The notes beneath the pieces are model-generated. The model was given only the letters and a program-made list of their open reading frames with translations. It did no database searches and was not told the origin of the DNA. DNA of 64,000 nucleotides from the NCBI GenBank assembly GCA_963745405.1, contig CAVUWY010000002.1, forward strand, positions 1,045,013-1,109,012, in the 5' to 3' direction. The position numbers were made by a program, and so were the translations under genes. This stretch comes from an uncultured Chloroflexia bacterium (GTDB lineage: Bacteria > Chloroflexota > Limnocylindria > Limnocylindrales > CSP1-4). Shown piece by piece: positions 1 to 8,763 of this stretch (position 1 is the stretch's first letter; each line of letters starts with the position of its first letter).

Positions 1-1218
1 TTCTTCACGCTCCCGGCCGGCGTCTGGGTCGACCGCCTTCCGCGGCGGCGGATCCTCATCGGTGGCGATCTCGGCCGGGCCATCGTCCTGGGCTCCATCC
101 CGGTCGCCTGGGGCCTCGGGGTCCTGACGATCTGGCAGCTCTACGTCGTCGGTTTCGCCAACGGCGTCCTTACGGTCTTCTTCGACGTCGCCGACCAGTC
201 CTACCTGCCGACCGTCGTCGACAGGGAGGAGCTCGTCGAGGGCAATGCCAAGCTCCAGGTCAGCGCGTCCGCCGCACAGATCCTCGGCCAGCCCATCGGT
301 GGCTCGATCATCGCCCTCGTGAGCGCCCCGTTCGCGGTGACGATCGACGCCCTGAGCTATGTCGGGTCGGCGACGCTCATCTCCCGGGTGAAGCGGGTGG
401 AGGCCTCACGGACCGGACCCGGCGGGGAGGGAGGCGATGCACCCGCCCGTTCCGGCATGCGGACGGAGATGGCCGAAGGCCTCCGCTACGTCCTCGGCAA
501 CCCGATCCTCCGCAGCATCGCCGCCTGCACGGGCTCGTCGAACCTCTGCACGAATATCGTGTTCGCGGTCTTCGCCGTCTACGTATACCGCGATCTCGGA
601 CTCAGTCCTGCGGCCATCGGCCTGGTCGGCGGCATCGCCGGGTTCGGGATCCTTGCCGGGGCGCTCATCGCGAACCGCCTGGCGACGCGGTTCGGTGTCG
701 GAAGGACGATCGTCGGCTCGGCCCTCCTATACGGACCGGCCGGCCTCCTCATCCCGCTCGCGCCCGCCGATGCTCCCATCCCATTCTTCGCCGCCGCGAT
801 GTTCCTCTCGAGCGCGCTCGCCATCGTCTACAACGTCAACCAGGTCAGCCTGCGCCAGGCGATCACCCCGGAGCGCCTCCTCGGTCGTCTCAACGGGACG
901 ATGCGGTTCCTCGTCTGGGGGACGATGCCGATCGGGTCGCTGCTCGGTGGCATCCTCGCCACGGTGCTCGGCACCCACGAGGCCATCTGGATCGGATCGA
1001 TCCTCCTGGTCTTCACGTTCGTGCCGCTCCTCTTCTCGCCCGTCCTCCCGCTCCAGAAGATCCCACCGCAGGCGACCGACGAGATGGCCGCGGCGGGACC
1101 GGTCGCCACGATCGGGCAGCTGACGGGCGACTCGGGCGGCCGCCTCGTCGGTGGAGCGGTCGACGAGCGCGTGGTCGGTGGATCCGTCGAACCGGCGACC
1201 TACCCCGAACCCGACTGA
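1..1218 (+). CDS. MFS transporter (MFS_3/EntS-like), N-terminus cut by window edge
   Basis: Frame 1 is open from base 1 (FFTLPAGVWVDRLPRRRILIGGDL...) and runs into listed ORF 319..1218. It shows repeated hydrophobic TM segments and is paralogous to the MFS half of 26523..28682. Confidence 0.85.
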   Translation, partial: FFTLPAGVWVDRLPRRRILIGGDLGRAIVLGSIPVAWGLGVLTIWQLYVVGFANGVLTVFFDVADQSYLPTVVDREELVEGNAKLQVSASAAQILGQPIGGSIIALVSAPFAVTIDALSYVGSATLISRVKRVEASRTGPGGEGGDAPARSGMRTEMAEGLRYVLGNPILRSIAACTGSSNLCTNIVFAVFAVYVYRDLGLSPAAIGLVGGIAGFGILAGALIANRLATRFGVGRTIVGSALLYGPAGLLIPLAPADAPIPFFAAAMFLSSALAIVYNVNQVSLRQAITPERLLGRLNGTMRFLVWGTMPIGSLLGGILATVLGTHEAIWIGSILLVFTFVPLLFSPVLPLQKIPPQATDEMAAAGPVATIGQLTGDSGGRLVGGAVDERVVGGSVEPATYPEPD

Positions 1219-1242
1219 GCCGACGCGCCGTCCCGGCCGCGG

Positions 1243-2922
1243 TCAGCCGCGGTCGACCATCGGGATCCGGACCCCGCGCTCACGGGCGACCTCGAGGGCG
1301 CGCTCGTAGCCCGCATCGGCGTGGCGGATGACGCCCATGCCGGGATCGGCCGTCAGGACCCGCTCGAGCTTGCGAGCCGCCAGATCGGTGCCGTCGGCGA
1401 CGGCCACCATACCGGCATGCTGGGAGTAGCCGATCCCCGTCCCGCCACCGTGGTGGATCGAGACCCACGTCGCGCCGGCGGCCGTGTTCACGAGGGCGTT
1501 GAGGAGCGGCCAGTCGGCGATCGCGTCCGAGCCATCGCGCATCGCCTCGGTCTCCCGGTTCGGTGAGGCCACGGAGCCTGCATCGAGGTGATCGCGGCCG
1601 ATGACGATCGGCGCCGACACGACGCCCGATCTCACGAGCTCGTTGAAGGCAAGTCCGGCTCGCGCCCGCTCCCCGTAGCCGAGCCAGCAGATCCGGGCCG
1701 GCAGCCCCTGGTACGGAACGCTCGACTCGGCCATCTCGATCCAACGGCGGAGGCCGGCGTCGTCGGGGAACAGCTCGAGGACGGCCCGGTCGGTGGCCGC
1801 GATGTCGGCCGGATCGCCCGACAGGGCGACCCAGCGGAACGGACCCCGGCCCTCGCAGAATTGGGGCCGGATGAAGGCCGGCACGAAGCCGGGGTACGCG
1901 AAGGCGTCCTCGACGCCGGCCTCCTTCGCCATGGCCCGCAGGTTGTTGCCGTAGTCGAAGACGATCGATCCAGCCGCCTGGAAGGCGAGCAGTGCCCGGA
2001 CCTGGGCGCCCATCGACTCGACGGCACGACGGACGTAGACGTCCGGCTGGGCGGACCGGAGGGCGAGGGCGTCGGGCAGGGCGATCTCGGCCGGGATGTA
2101 GCCGCCGAGGGCGTCGTGGGCCGAGGTCTGGTCGGTGACCACGTCGAAGCGTTCGCCCCGGCGGGCGAGCTCCGGCTCGATCTCGGCGGCGTTGCCGACG
2201 AGGGCGATCGACAGGGGACGGCCCGTCGTCGCGGCCTCGTTAGCCCAGGCGAGCGCCTCCTCGACCGATCCGGTCAGCCGGTCGACATAGCCGATGTCGA
2301 GTCGTCGCCGTGCTCGCGCCTCGTCGACCTCGATGACGATCGCGACGCCCTCGTTCATCGTGACCGCGAGGGGCTGGGCGCCACCCATCCCGCCGAGCCC
2401 GGCGGTGAGGACGACTCGGCCGCGGAGCGTCCCGCCGAAGTGCTGGCGGGCGCACTCGGCGAAGGTCTCGTACGTGCCCTGGAGGATGCCCTGGGTCCCG
2501 ATGTAGATCCAGGACCCGGCGGTCATCTGGCCGTACATCGTGAGGCCGGCCCGCTCGAGCTCGCGGAAGACCTCCCAGTTCGCCCAACGACCGACGAGAT
2601 TCGAGTTGGCGATGAGCACCCGCGGCGCCCACTCGTGGGTCCGGAACACGCCGACGGGCTTGCCGCTCTGGATGAGCAGGGTCTCGTCGTCGGCCAGGGC
2701 CCGCAGCTCGCGGACGATCGCGTCGAAGGCCGCCCACGACCGGGCGGCCCGGCCGGTGCCCCCGTAGACGACGAGGGCGTCGGGATCCTCGGCCACCTCC
2801 GGGTCGAGGTTGTTCATGAGCATCCGGAGCGCCGCCTCCTGCTGCCAGCCGCGGCAGGACAGCTCCGTCCCCCGCGGGGCACGGACGGGTCGGGCGCCCG
2901 GGAGGGCGGTCGCGGCGGTCAC
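1243..2922 (-). CDS. hutU: urocanate hydratase
   Basis: The C-terminal 559 aa of the listed 840-aa ORF read as urocanase throughout ([39 protein letters not shown]). The GTG at 2922 overlaps the stop of the upstream ORF (GTGA). The Arg/Pro-rich upstream extension is rejected. Confidence 0.95.
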   Translation of the reverse strand: MTAATALPGARPVRAPRGTELSCRGWQQEAALRMLMNNLDPEVAEDPDALVVYGGTGRAARSWAAFDAIVRELRALADDETLLIQSGKPVGVFRTHEWAPRVLIANSNLVGRWANWEVFRELERAGLTMYGQMTAGSWIYIGTQGILQGTYETFAECARQHFGGTLRGRVVLTAGLGGMGGAQPLAVTMNEGVAIVIEVDEARARRRLDIGYVDRLTGSVEEALAWANEAATTGRPLSIALVGNAAEIEPELARRGERFDVVTDQTSAHDALGGYIPAEIALPDALALRSAQPDVYVRRAVESMGAQVRALLAFQAAGSIVFDYGNNLRAMAKEAGVEDAFAYPGFVPAFIRPQFCEGRGPFRWVALSGDPADIAATDRAVLELFPDDAGLRRWIEMAESSVPYQGLPARICWLGYGERARAGLAFNELVRSGVVSAPIVIGRDHLDAGSVASPNRETEAMRDGSDAIADWPLLNALVNTAAGATWVSIHHGGGTGIGYSQHAGMVAVADGTDLAARKLERVLTADPGMGVIRHADAGYERALEVARERGVRIPMVDRG

Positions 2923-3644
2923 TGGAGGCCTTCGATGACCAGCTCGCCGAGCCGGCCCGGGCCGACCGAGCTGATCGAGACGATCCGGTCGTCGCCGTCG
3001 GCGAGATGGACGTGGTAGGTGAGAAGCCCGCCGGCGCAGTGGCCGATGTACGCCTGGTGTCCGCCGATCGTCGATTCGGCCGTTCCGGCGACGCCCCCGG
3101 CCTGGGAGCAGGCACCCGTGTCGAACGTTTCGCGCCAGCTGCGGAAGTACTCGTCCGAGAAGACACCGGGCTGGAGCCGGACGACCGAGACGACCGCGAG
3201 GTCGCCGCTCGTCGGCTGGGCGGCGACGGCGACCGCCAGGGCCGACAGGTCGGCCACGTGGGACGGGTCGGCGGCGTCCTGCGCCGCCGTGTCGGGGTCG
3301 GGGCTCAGGACGACACCGCCGACCGAGGGCGGCAGGACGGCGAGGAGAGACGGGTCGACGACGACGGACCCACCGGAGACGCCGGCGAGGGGCGAGCCGG
3401 ACACGGCGGGCGCGGTCGGGCCGGCAGTCGACGGGCCGTCGATCGGCCGTGGTGTGCCGGTCTCGGCCGGGAGCAGCGAGCCGGCGACTCCTCCCTGGCC
3501 GGGCGACGTCGAGGGCCCGAATGCGCCGGCGAACACGGCGATCGATCCGCCGATGAGCACGCCGATCACGACGAACACCGCGACCGTCGCGACCGGTCCG
3601 GGACGTCGGGAGCCACGGTTCGTGCGTCGGGGACCGGACGCCAC
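2919..3644 (-). CDS. membrane-anchored hypothetical protein (one N-terminal TM helix, Pro/Gly/Ser linker, C-terminal globular part)
   Basis: Listed 241-aa ORF with a clear TM segment ([26 protein letters not shown]). Its start overlaps the VOC stop and its stop overlaps the hutU start, so it sits inside the operon. Confidence 0.6.
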   Translation of the reverse strand: MASGPRRTNRGSRRPGPVATVAVFVVIGVLIGGSIAVFAGAFGPSTSPGQGGVAGSLLPAETGTPRPIDGPSTAGPTAPAVSGSPLAGVSGGSVVVDPSLLAVLPPSVGGVVLSPDPDTAAQDAADPSHVADLSALAVAVAAQPTSGDLAVVSVVRLQPGVFSDEYFRSWRETFDTGACSQAGGVAGTAESTIGGHQAYIGHCAGGLLTYHVHLADGDDRIVSISSVGPGRLGELVIEGLQ

Positions 3645-4066
3645 TAGCCGGAGATCCGCTCCGGATCGGAATCGGGCCTGACGTAGGCGGACTCGTAGAA
3701 CTGCAGCGGATTGCCCTCGGGATCCCAGAAGAAGCAGAACGCTCCCCAGGCGGTCCGCACGACATCCTCGTGGCGAACCCCGGCGCCGGCCAGGCGCCGC
3801 ATGGCGAGCTCGAGGTTGTCGACGATCACCTCGGGGACCACGCCTCCCTTGCGGAAGTCCTTGGGCTCGGCGCTCGCCACGCCGCCGGCGATGAGTGAGA
3901 GGCTCGTCCCCTGGGTGGCATCGAAGCGGACGAAGCGGGGCGTTCGGTACAGCAGCCGGAGGCCGATGACGTCGCGGTAGAAGCGGAGCTCTTCCTCGAT
4001 GTCCTCGACGAAGACGAGCGCGCCGCGGACCTTGGAGACACTGCCCAGGGCACGGATCGATGCCAC
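3644..4066 (-). CDS. VOC (glyoxalase/bleomycin-resistance fold) family protein
   Basis: Sequence ...[24 protein letters not shown]...[20 protein letters not shown]. The GTG at 4066 is preceded by GGGAGG at 6-nt spacing. The longer listed start at 4144 runs into the tandem repeat. Confidence 0.75.
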   Translation of the reverse strand: MASIRALGSVSKVRGALVFVEDIEEELRFYRDVIGLRLLYRTPRFVRFDATQGTSLSLIAGGVASAEPKDFRKGGVVPEVIVDNLELAMRRLAGAGVRHEDVVRTAWGAFCFFWDPEGNPLQFYESAYVRPDSDPERISG

Positions 4067-4120
4067 CGCTGACCTCCCATCGGATCGGGCCGTCGTGGAC
4101 GGTGACGGTACACCCCCGAC

Positions 4121-4234
4121 GACCGCCGATGCCGGGACGGTCACGACTGGCGACGGACGACCGCCGATGCCGGGACGGTCACAGCTCCCGACGGACGACC
4201 GCCGATGCCGGGACGGTCACAGCTCCCGACGGAC
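4121..4234. repeat. 38-bp tandem repeat, 3 copies
   Basis: The unit gaccgccgatgccgggacggtcacagctcccgacggac occurs at 4121-4158 (a 6-nt block, gactgg vs agctcc, differs at 5 positions), 4159-4196 and 4197-4234. The last copy contains the final codons and the stop of the GNAT gene. Confidence 0.9.
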
Positions 4235-4969
4235 GACCGGGAACCGGTCGTCGTCGACGACGAGGGTGAAACCGGCCGCCTGCCAGAACGCCGGCGTGGC
4301 GGCGCTCGTCGCGTCGGCCGGGCGATCGAGCTCCGGGTAGGCCTCGACCGCGGCGAAGCCCCGTTGGGCCAGGTCGTCGCAGACGGCTGCGACCAGCCGT
4401 GCTGCGTGGCCGGCTCCGCGCCCCGCGGCCGTCGTGGCGATGCAGGTGATCACGGCCGGCAGCGGCGCGTCGGGCAACTGGCGGTACAGCTCACGGACCC
4501 GGGCGGCCCGGGGGTACGCCGAGAGCGGTCCGAATTGGGCGTAGGCGACCGGCCGATCGTCGACGAGGAGGACCTTGGCGTAGCTGCCGAAGACCGCCGC
4601 GCCCCGGCTCAGGAGTGCGAGCTTGCGAGGCGCGTCCGCAGCCACCCTGGGTCGGGTGGCCGGGCGCGGCGCGAACGGGTTGTCGGCGACGGGGTCGGCG
4701 ACCGGCGCGAAGGGGTTCGCCGCCGGGCCACCGCCGCTCGGGGCGAACGGATTGAAGGCGACCGGGTCGTCGTCCTCGCCGAACGGGTTGCGCGGCCGGG
4801 CCGGCGGGGCGGGTGTCCTGGCCGGCGCGGTGGGGCGGGCTCGCTTCGAGCCGCGGTCGGCGTCCTCCCAGTAGTCGCAGCTGCGATGGTCGAAGGCCGG
4901 GTCGGCGCACGGCGGCAGCAGCTCGAAGGTCGCCTCGTCGGTGACATCGACGATCCGGACGTCGGTCAC
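4217..4969 (-). CDS. GNAT family N-acetyltransferase with low-complexity NPF-repeat insert
   Basis: The C-terminal 250 aa of the listed 608-aa ORF, with the GTG at 4969 overlapping the hutH stop (GTGA). The acetyl-CoA-binding-like segment reads [21 protein letters not shown], and the insert carries four NPF(G/A) motifs. Confidence 0.75.
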   Translation of the reverse strand: MTDVRIVDVTDEATFELLPPCADPAFDHRSCDYWEDADRGSKRARPTAPARTPAPPARPRNPFGEDDDPVAFNPFAPSGGGPAANPFAPVADPVADNPFAPRPATRPRVAADAPRKLALLSRGAAVFGSYAKVLLVDDRPVAYAQFGPLSAYPRAARVRELYRQLPDAPLPAVITCIATTAAGRGAGHAARLVAAVCDDLAQRGFAAVEAYPELDRPADATSAATPAFWQAAGFTLVVDDDRFPVVRREL

Positions 4970-6623
4970 GGCCGGGGTCCCGATCCACCCCCGCCGGAGG
5001 GATCGGCCAGCTCGGCGAGGCCGCCGTCGTGGACGAGGGCGATCGCGGCGGCGAGGTCCGGGCCGGGCTCTCGATCGTCGTGGAGGGCCGGAACGACGGC
5101 CCGCACCCGCGCCAGCGCCTCGACGACCCCGGCACCGGGGCGGGCATCCGGGACGAGGCCGAGCCGGAATTCGAGGGCCTGGGCGGCGCAGATGAGCTCG
5201 ATCGCGACGATCCGCTCGACGTGCTCGAGGACCGCCCGGGCGTGGCGGGCCGCGACCGAACCCATCGAGACGTGGTCCTCCTGGTTCGCGCTGGTCGGGA
5301 TCGAGTCGACCGAGGCAGGGTGGGCGAGGACCCGGTTCTCGGCCACGAGGGCGGCGGCCGTGTACTGGAGGAGCATGAGGCCGCTGTTCGTTCCCGGGTC
5401 CGGCGAGAGGAATGCCGGCAGGCCGCCGTTCAGATGGGCATCGAGGAGGAGTGCCGTCCGCCGTTCCGAGATCGAGCCGAGCTCGGCGACCGCGATCTTG
5501 GCCATGTCGGCGGCGAGGGCGATCGGCTCGCCGTGGAAGTTCCCGCCGCTGATCACGAGCCCGCCACCGGTCGCCAGCGTGTCCGGGTCGGCGACCCCGC
5601 CGCCGGGGAAGACGAGCGGGTTGTCGGTCGCCGAGTTGAGCTCGATGTCGAGGACCCGCCGGAGGTGGTCGAGCGTGTCGCGGACCGCACCGTGGACCTG
5701 CGGTACGCAACGGAGCGAGTACGGGTCCTGGACCTTGTGGGCGTCGACCGTGGTGGCTCTGCTGGAGACTCGATCCGCGGAGGAGGTGGCGCAGCTCGGC
5801 GGCGACCGCGACCTGCCCGGGATGGGGCCGGGCCAGCTGGTAGGCGGCCGAGAACGCGACCTCGGTACCGAGGAGGGCCTCCACCGACATCGCCGCCGCG
5901 ACGCTGGCCGTCCGGGCGAGCCGGTCGGCGTCGGCGAGCATGAGCGCGGCGAGCGCACCCATCATCTGGGTCCCGTTGAGGAGCGGCGAGCCCCTCCTTC
6001 GCCTCGAGGACGAGCGGCTCGAGCTCGGCCTCGCGCAGGGCAAGCAGGGCCGGCACTCGCTGTCCGCGGAACTCGACCTCGCCCCGGCCGATCAAGGGCA
6101 GGGCCAGGTGGGCGAGCGGGGCAAGGTCGCCGGACGCCCCCACGCTCCCCTGTTCGGGGACGACCGGGTGGATGCCCGCGGCGAGGAAGGCTAGGAGCCG
6201 GTCGACGAGGAGCGGCCGGCAGCCGCTGTGGCCGAGGGCGAGAGTGTTCGCCCGGAGCAGGAGCATCGCCCGGACGACCTCGCGCGGGAACGGCGGACCG
6301 ACGCCGGCGGCATGGCTGCGGAGGAGGTTCTCCTGGAGGCGGCGGGTCTCCGCGGCCGGGACGACGGTCGTCGCCAGGTCGCCGAAGCCGGTGGTGACCC
6401 CGTAGACGACAGCGCCCTCGGCGACGAGCCGCTCGATGACCTCGCGGGCCTCCTGCATCCGGGCTCTGGCGTGGACGTCGAGGCTCGCCTGCGCCCCGTG
6501 CCGGGCGACCGACTCGACATCGGCGATCGTCAGGTCGGCCCCGGTCAGCACGACCGTCCCATCGAGGCCGGGCGGCCCGACGGGGACGAAGTGGGCGGGC
6601 TCCGGCTGCTCGGCGTGCGTCAC
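4966..6623 (-). pseudogene. hutH: histidine ammonia-lyase interrupted by two +1 frame disruptions
   Basis: HAL sequence is spread over three frames. The N-terminal part lies in ORF 5553..7298 (...GFGDLA...GSVGASGDLAPLAHL...LEAKEGLA). The middle lies in ORF 4217..6043 ([14 protein letters not shown]...ELRHLLRGS). The C-terminal part lies in ORF 4966..5958 ([21 protein letters not shown]...[11 protein letters not shown]). The extra bases are at about 5984 and 5749. Confidence 0.85.
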
Positions 6624-6653
6624 GCTCCGAGGATAGCCCGCGGTCCCTCGGCT

Positions 6654-7322
6654 ATGCTGCCCGCCGTGCTTGCCTTCATCGACACGATCGTCATCCCGTT
6701 CCTCGACAGCCTCTACGGAGCCGTCGGCTATCTCGGCGTCTTCCTCGCGATGGCGATCGAGTCGGCGATGATCCCGCTCCCCTCCGAGCTGATCCTCCCG
6801 TACGCCGGATTCCTCATCTCGGACCCGACCCAGCTCGAGCCGCTCAGCCACTCCCCGTGGGCGTTCTGGATCGTCGTCATCGTGGCGACGCTCGGGAATA
6901 CGGTCGGCTCCCTCATCGGCTACGCCATCGGCGCCTACGGAGGGCGGCCGTTCCTCGACCGGTGGGGCAAGTACGTCCTCATCAGCCCCCACGACATCGA
7001 GCTCGCCGAACGCTTCTTCGATCGATACGGCGCCGCGACCGCGTTCTTCAGCCGTCTGCTTCCAGTGGTCCGGACCTTCATCAGCTTTCCGGCCGGGGTG
7101 GCCCGCATGCCGCTCGCGACGTTCATCGTCTTCTCGACGGCCGGGGCGTTCCTCTGGTCGACCGCCCTCGTCTTCGCCGGGACGCAACTCGGGGCGCACT
7201 GGGAGGACATCCGCCACACCCTCCAGCCGTTCGACACGCTGCTCGTGGTCATCGTCGTCGCCCTCGTCGCCCTGTTCGTCTGGTGGCGGGTGGGCCACCC
7301 CGGCTGGAGACGGGCCGCCTGA
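6654..7322 (+). CDS. DedA/SNARE-associated family membrane protein
   Basis: ATG at 6654 within listed ORF 6228..7322. Motifs: ...AIESAMIPLPSELILPYAGFL...GRPFLDRWGKYVLI...FFSRLLPVVRTFISFPAGVARM. Confidence 0.85.
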   Translation: MLPAVLAFIDTIVIPFLDSLYGAVGYLGVFLAMAIESAMIPLPSELILPYAGFLISDPTQLEPLSHSPWAFWIVVIVATLGNTVGSLIGYAIGAYGGRPFLDRWGKYVLISPHDIELAERFFDRYGAATAFFSRLLPVVRTFISFPAGVARMPLATFIVFSTAGAFLWSTALVFAGTQLGAHWEDIRHTLQPFDTLLVVIVVALVALFVWWRVGHPGWRRAA

Positions 7323-7328
7323 GCCCGC

Positions 7329-8039
7329 TCACGCCCAGGGCGTGGCTCCCGGCGGGCGCACGTGGGCGAGGTCGTTGAGGAGGATGAGCCTCGCGTCGGA
7401 CGGCCCCGTCCCGTGCTCGAAGCGGAGGACGGTGAGGTTCACCTGGTCCTGCTGAAGGCGGAGGCGGAACTCGCGGACGGGCAGGCCGAGGGCGACGCAG
7501 ACGAGGATCCGGTTGAAGGAGCTGTGGGCGACCGCCAGGATCGGCAGCGCCGGGTCGACCGGGGATCCCGCGCCCCCGCCACGCGGTGGGGCGTCGTTCG
7601 CTGCGGCGTTGGCCGCGAGCAGGTCGATGAGGAAGTCGCGCGCCCGGATCGCCACGTCGTCGCCGGATTCGCCGCCCGGGCAGCGGATCCCGGCCGGATC
7701 CGCCTCCCAGGCCTGTCGGCGGGTGGCGTCCCGCGCGTCGATCTCGGCGTAGGTCAGGCCCTCCCACTCGCCGTAGTCCATCTCGGCGAGGCGGGCATCG
7801 GTCTCGACGGCGGGCACCCGTCCCGACAGGCCGGCGGCGACGATCCTCGCGGTCTGGTGCGCCCGGACCAGGGGACTGGCGACGATACCGGCGAAGGAGA
7901 CCTCCGCCAGCCGGCCCGCCAGGGCGTGGGCCTGCGCTCGGCCCTCCTCGGACAGCGCGATATCGAGCTTCTGTCCGAGATGCTGCTCGGGCACTGAACG
8001 AGGCGTCAGGCCATGCCGAGTGAGGACGAGCGTGAGCAT
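7329..8039 (-). CDS. histidine phosphatase family protein (phosphoglycerate-mutase-like)
   Basis: Listed 236-aa ORF with the RHG motif at the N-terminus (LVLTRHGLT), SPLVRAHQTA, and a later H in LAVAHSSF. Confidence 0.85.
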   Translation of the reverse strand: MLTLVLTRHGLTPRSVPEQHLGQKLDIALSEEGRAQAHALAGRLAEVSFAGIVASPLVRAHQTARIVAAGLSGRVPAVETDARLAEMDYGEWEGLTYAEIDARDATRRQAWEADPAGIRCPGGESGDDVAIRARDFLIDLLAANAAANDAPPRGGGAGSPVDPALPILAVAHSSFNRILVCVALGLPVREFRLRLQQDQVNLTVLRFEHGTGPSDARLILLNDLAHVRPPGATPWA

Positions 8040-8078
8040 CGCGGCAAAGTGTAGGATGCCGGCCGGAGGTGGCAGCCG

Positions 8079-8291
8079 ATGTCAGATGGACACGATCAGT
8101 CGCAGGTCGAGCCGGCCCACCACGACGCCCATGACGAGGTGCACGACGACGCCCATGGCGGCGGCACCGCGCATGACGCCCACGACACGCCGGCCCTCGG
8201 CCCGGCCGACTGGACGGCCTGGATCTTCGGGATCGCCGGGGTCGTGATCGGCGTCCTGATGTGGGCGGCCTTCGCGATCGCGACTTCCTGA
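8079..8291 (+). CDS. small His/Asp-rich single-pass membrane protein
   Basis: Listed 70-aa ORF with GGAGG 9 nt upstream of the ATG. The N-terminal AHHDAHDEVHDDAHGGGTAHDAHD tract is followed by one TM helix. Confidence 0.55.
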   Translation: MSDGHDQSQVEPAHHDAHDEVHDDAHGGGTAHDAHDTPALGPADWTAWIFGIAGVVIGVLMWAAFAIATS

Positions 8292-8334
8292 CGAGGTCTG
8301 CGGGACTGACCCGGCGACCTTGGTCTCGCTCGGG

Positions 8335-8625
8335 CTACGTGCCCCGATAGTTCGAGACCTCCTTGCGGCCGCCGAACACACCGACGCCCCACGTCCCGAA
8401 GTCGAGTGCGACCGCGGCGATGATGAAGATCCAGTTGAGGAGACTGAGGCCGTTCGGCTGGACGAGTCCGTACATGAGCGTGGTCCAGGGCAGGAACAGC
8501 CACCCGAGGCCCAACCAGACCGCCGAGCCGAGCAGCCCGTTCCAGTAGGCCTGGTCGTTCGACCAGCCCACGAGCAGGAAGAGGCGGGGTGCGATCACCC
8601 CCATGACCAGTGAGATGCAGCCCAT
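8335..8625 (-). CDS. small polytopic membrane protein, unknown function
   Basis: The internal ATG at 8625 is preceded by GGAGGGAG at 6-nt spacing. The 96-aa product has three hydrophobic segments rich in Trp/Leu. Confidence 0.55.
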   Translation of the reverse strand: MGCISLVMGVIAPRLFLLVGWSNDQAYWNGLLGSAVWLGLGWLFLPWTTLMYGLVQPNGLSLLNWIFIIAAVALDFGTWGVGVFGGRKEVSNYRGT

Positions 8626-8763
8626 CGATGACTCCCTCCGGGGGCCGATCCTCGACGGGCGCGCTGGACGCACCGCCTGGGCTCGGCCGGTCGGCGAAGA
8701 CTACGGCATCGGCGAGCCCGCGGATAGGGTCTTTTGCGCCAGGCTGATCAACACGGGATCGTC

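Noticed and set aside
1243-3765. Listed 840-aa ORF as a giant HutU with a 280-aa N-terminal extension
   Set aside because: The extension is Arg/Pro/Gly-rich shadow sequence overlapping a better-supported gene (2919..3644). Urocanase similarity begins just after the GTG at 2922, which overlaps the upstream stop.
5740-5995. Programmed ribosomal frameshifting in hutH (and in the other disrupted genes)
   Set aside because: No slippery heptamer or downstream pseudoknot-like structure is present at the shift sites. The sites occur in unrelated genes and in both directions, so mutation or sequence error is the simpler explanation.
4205-6397. 730-aa plus-strand ORF, and the similar long antisense ORFs 1588..3018, 8950..11292, 18869..20692, 26739..28832, 39775..41073, 40877..42832, 44303..45883, 53393..54979 and 55186..56736
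   Set aside because: All lie antisense to, or out of frame with, genes that have clear family motifs. Their translations are low-complexity Arg/Gly/Asp/Pro-rich strings. They are GC-driven shadow ORFs.
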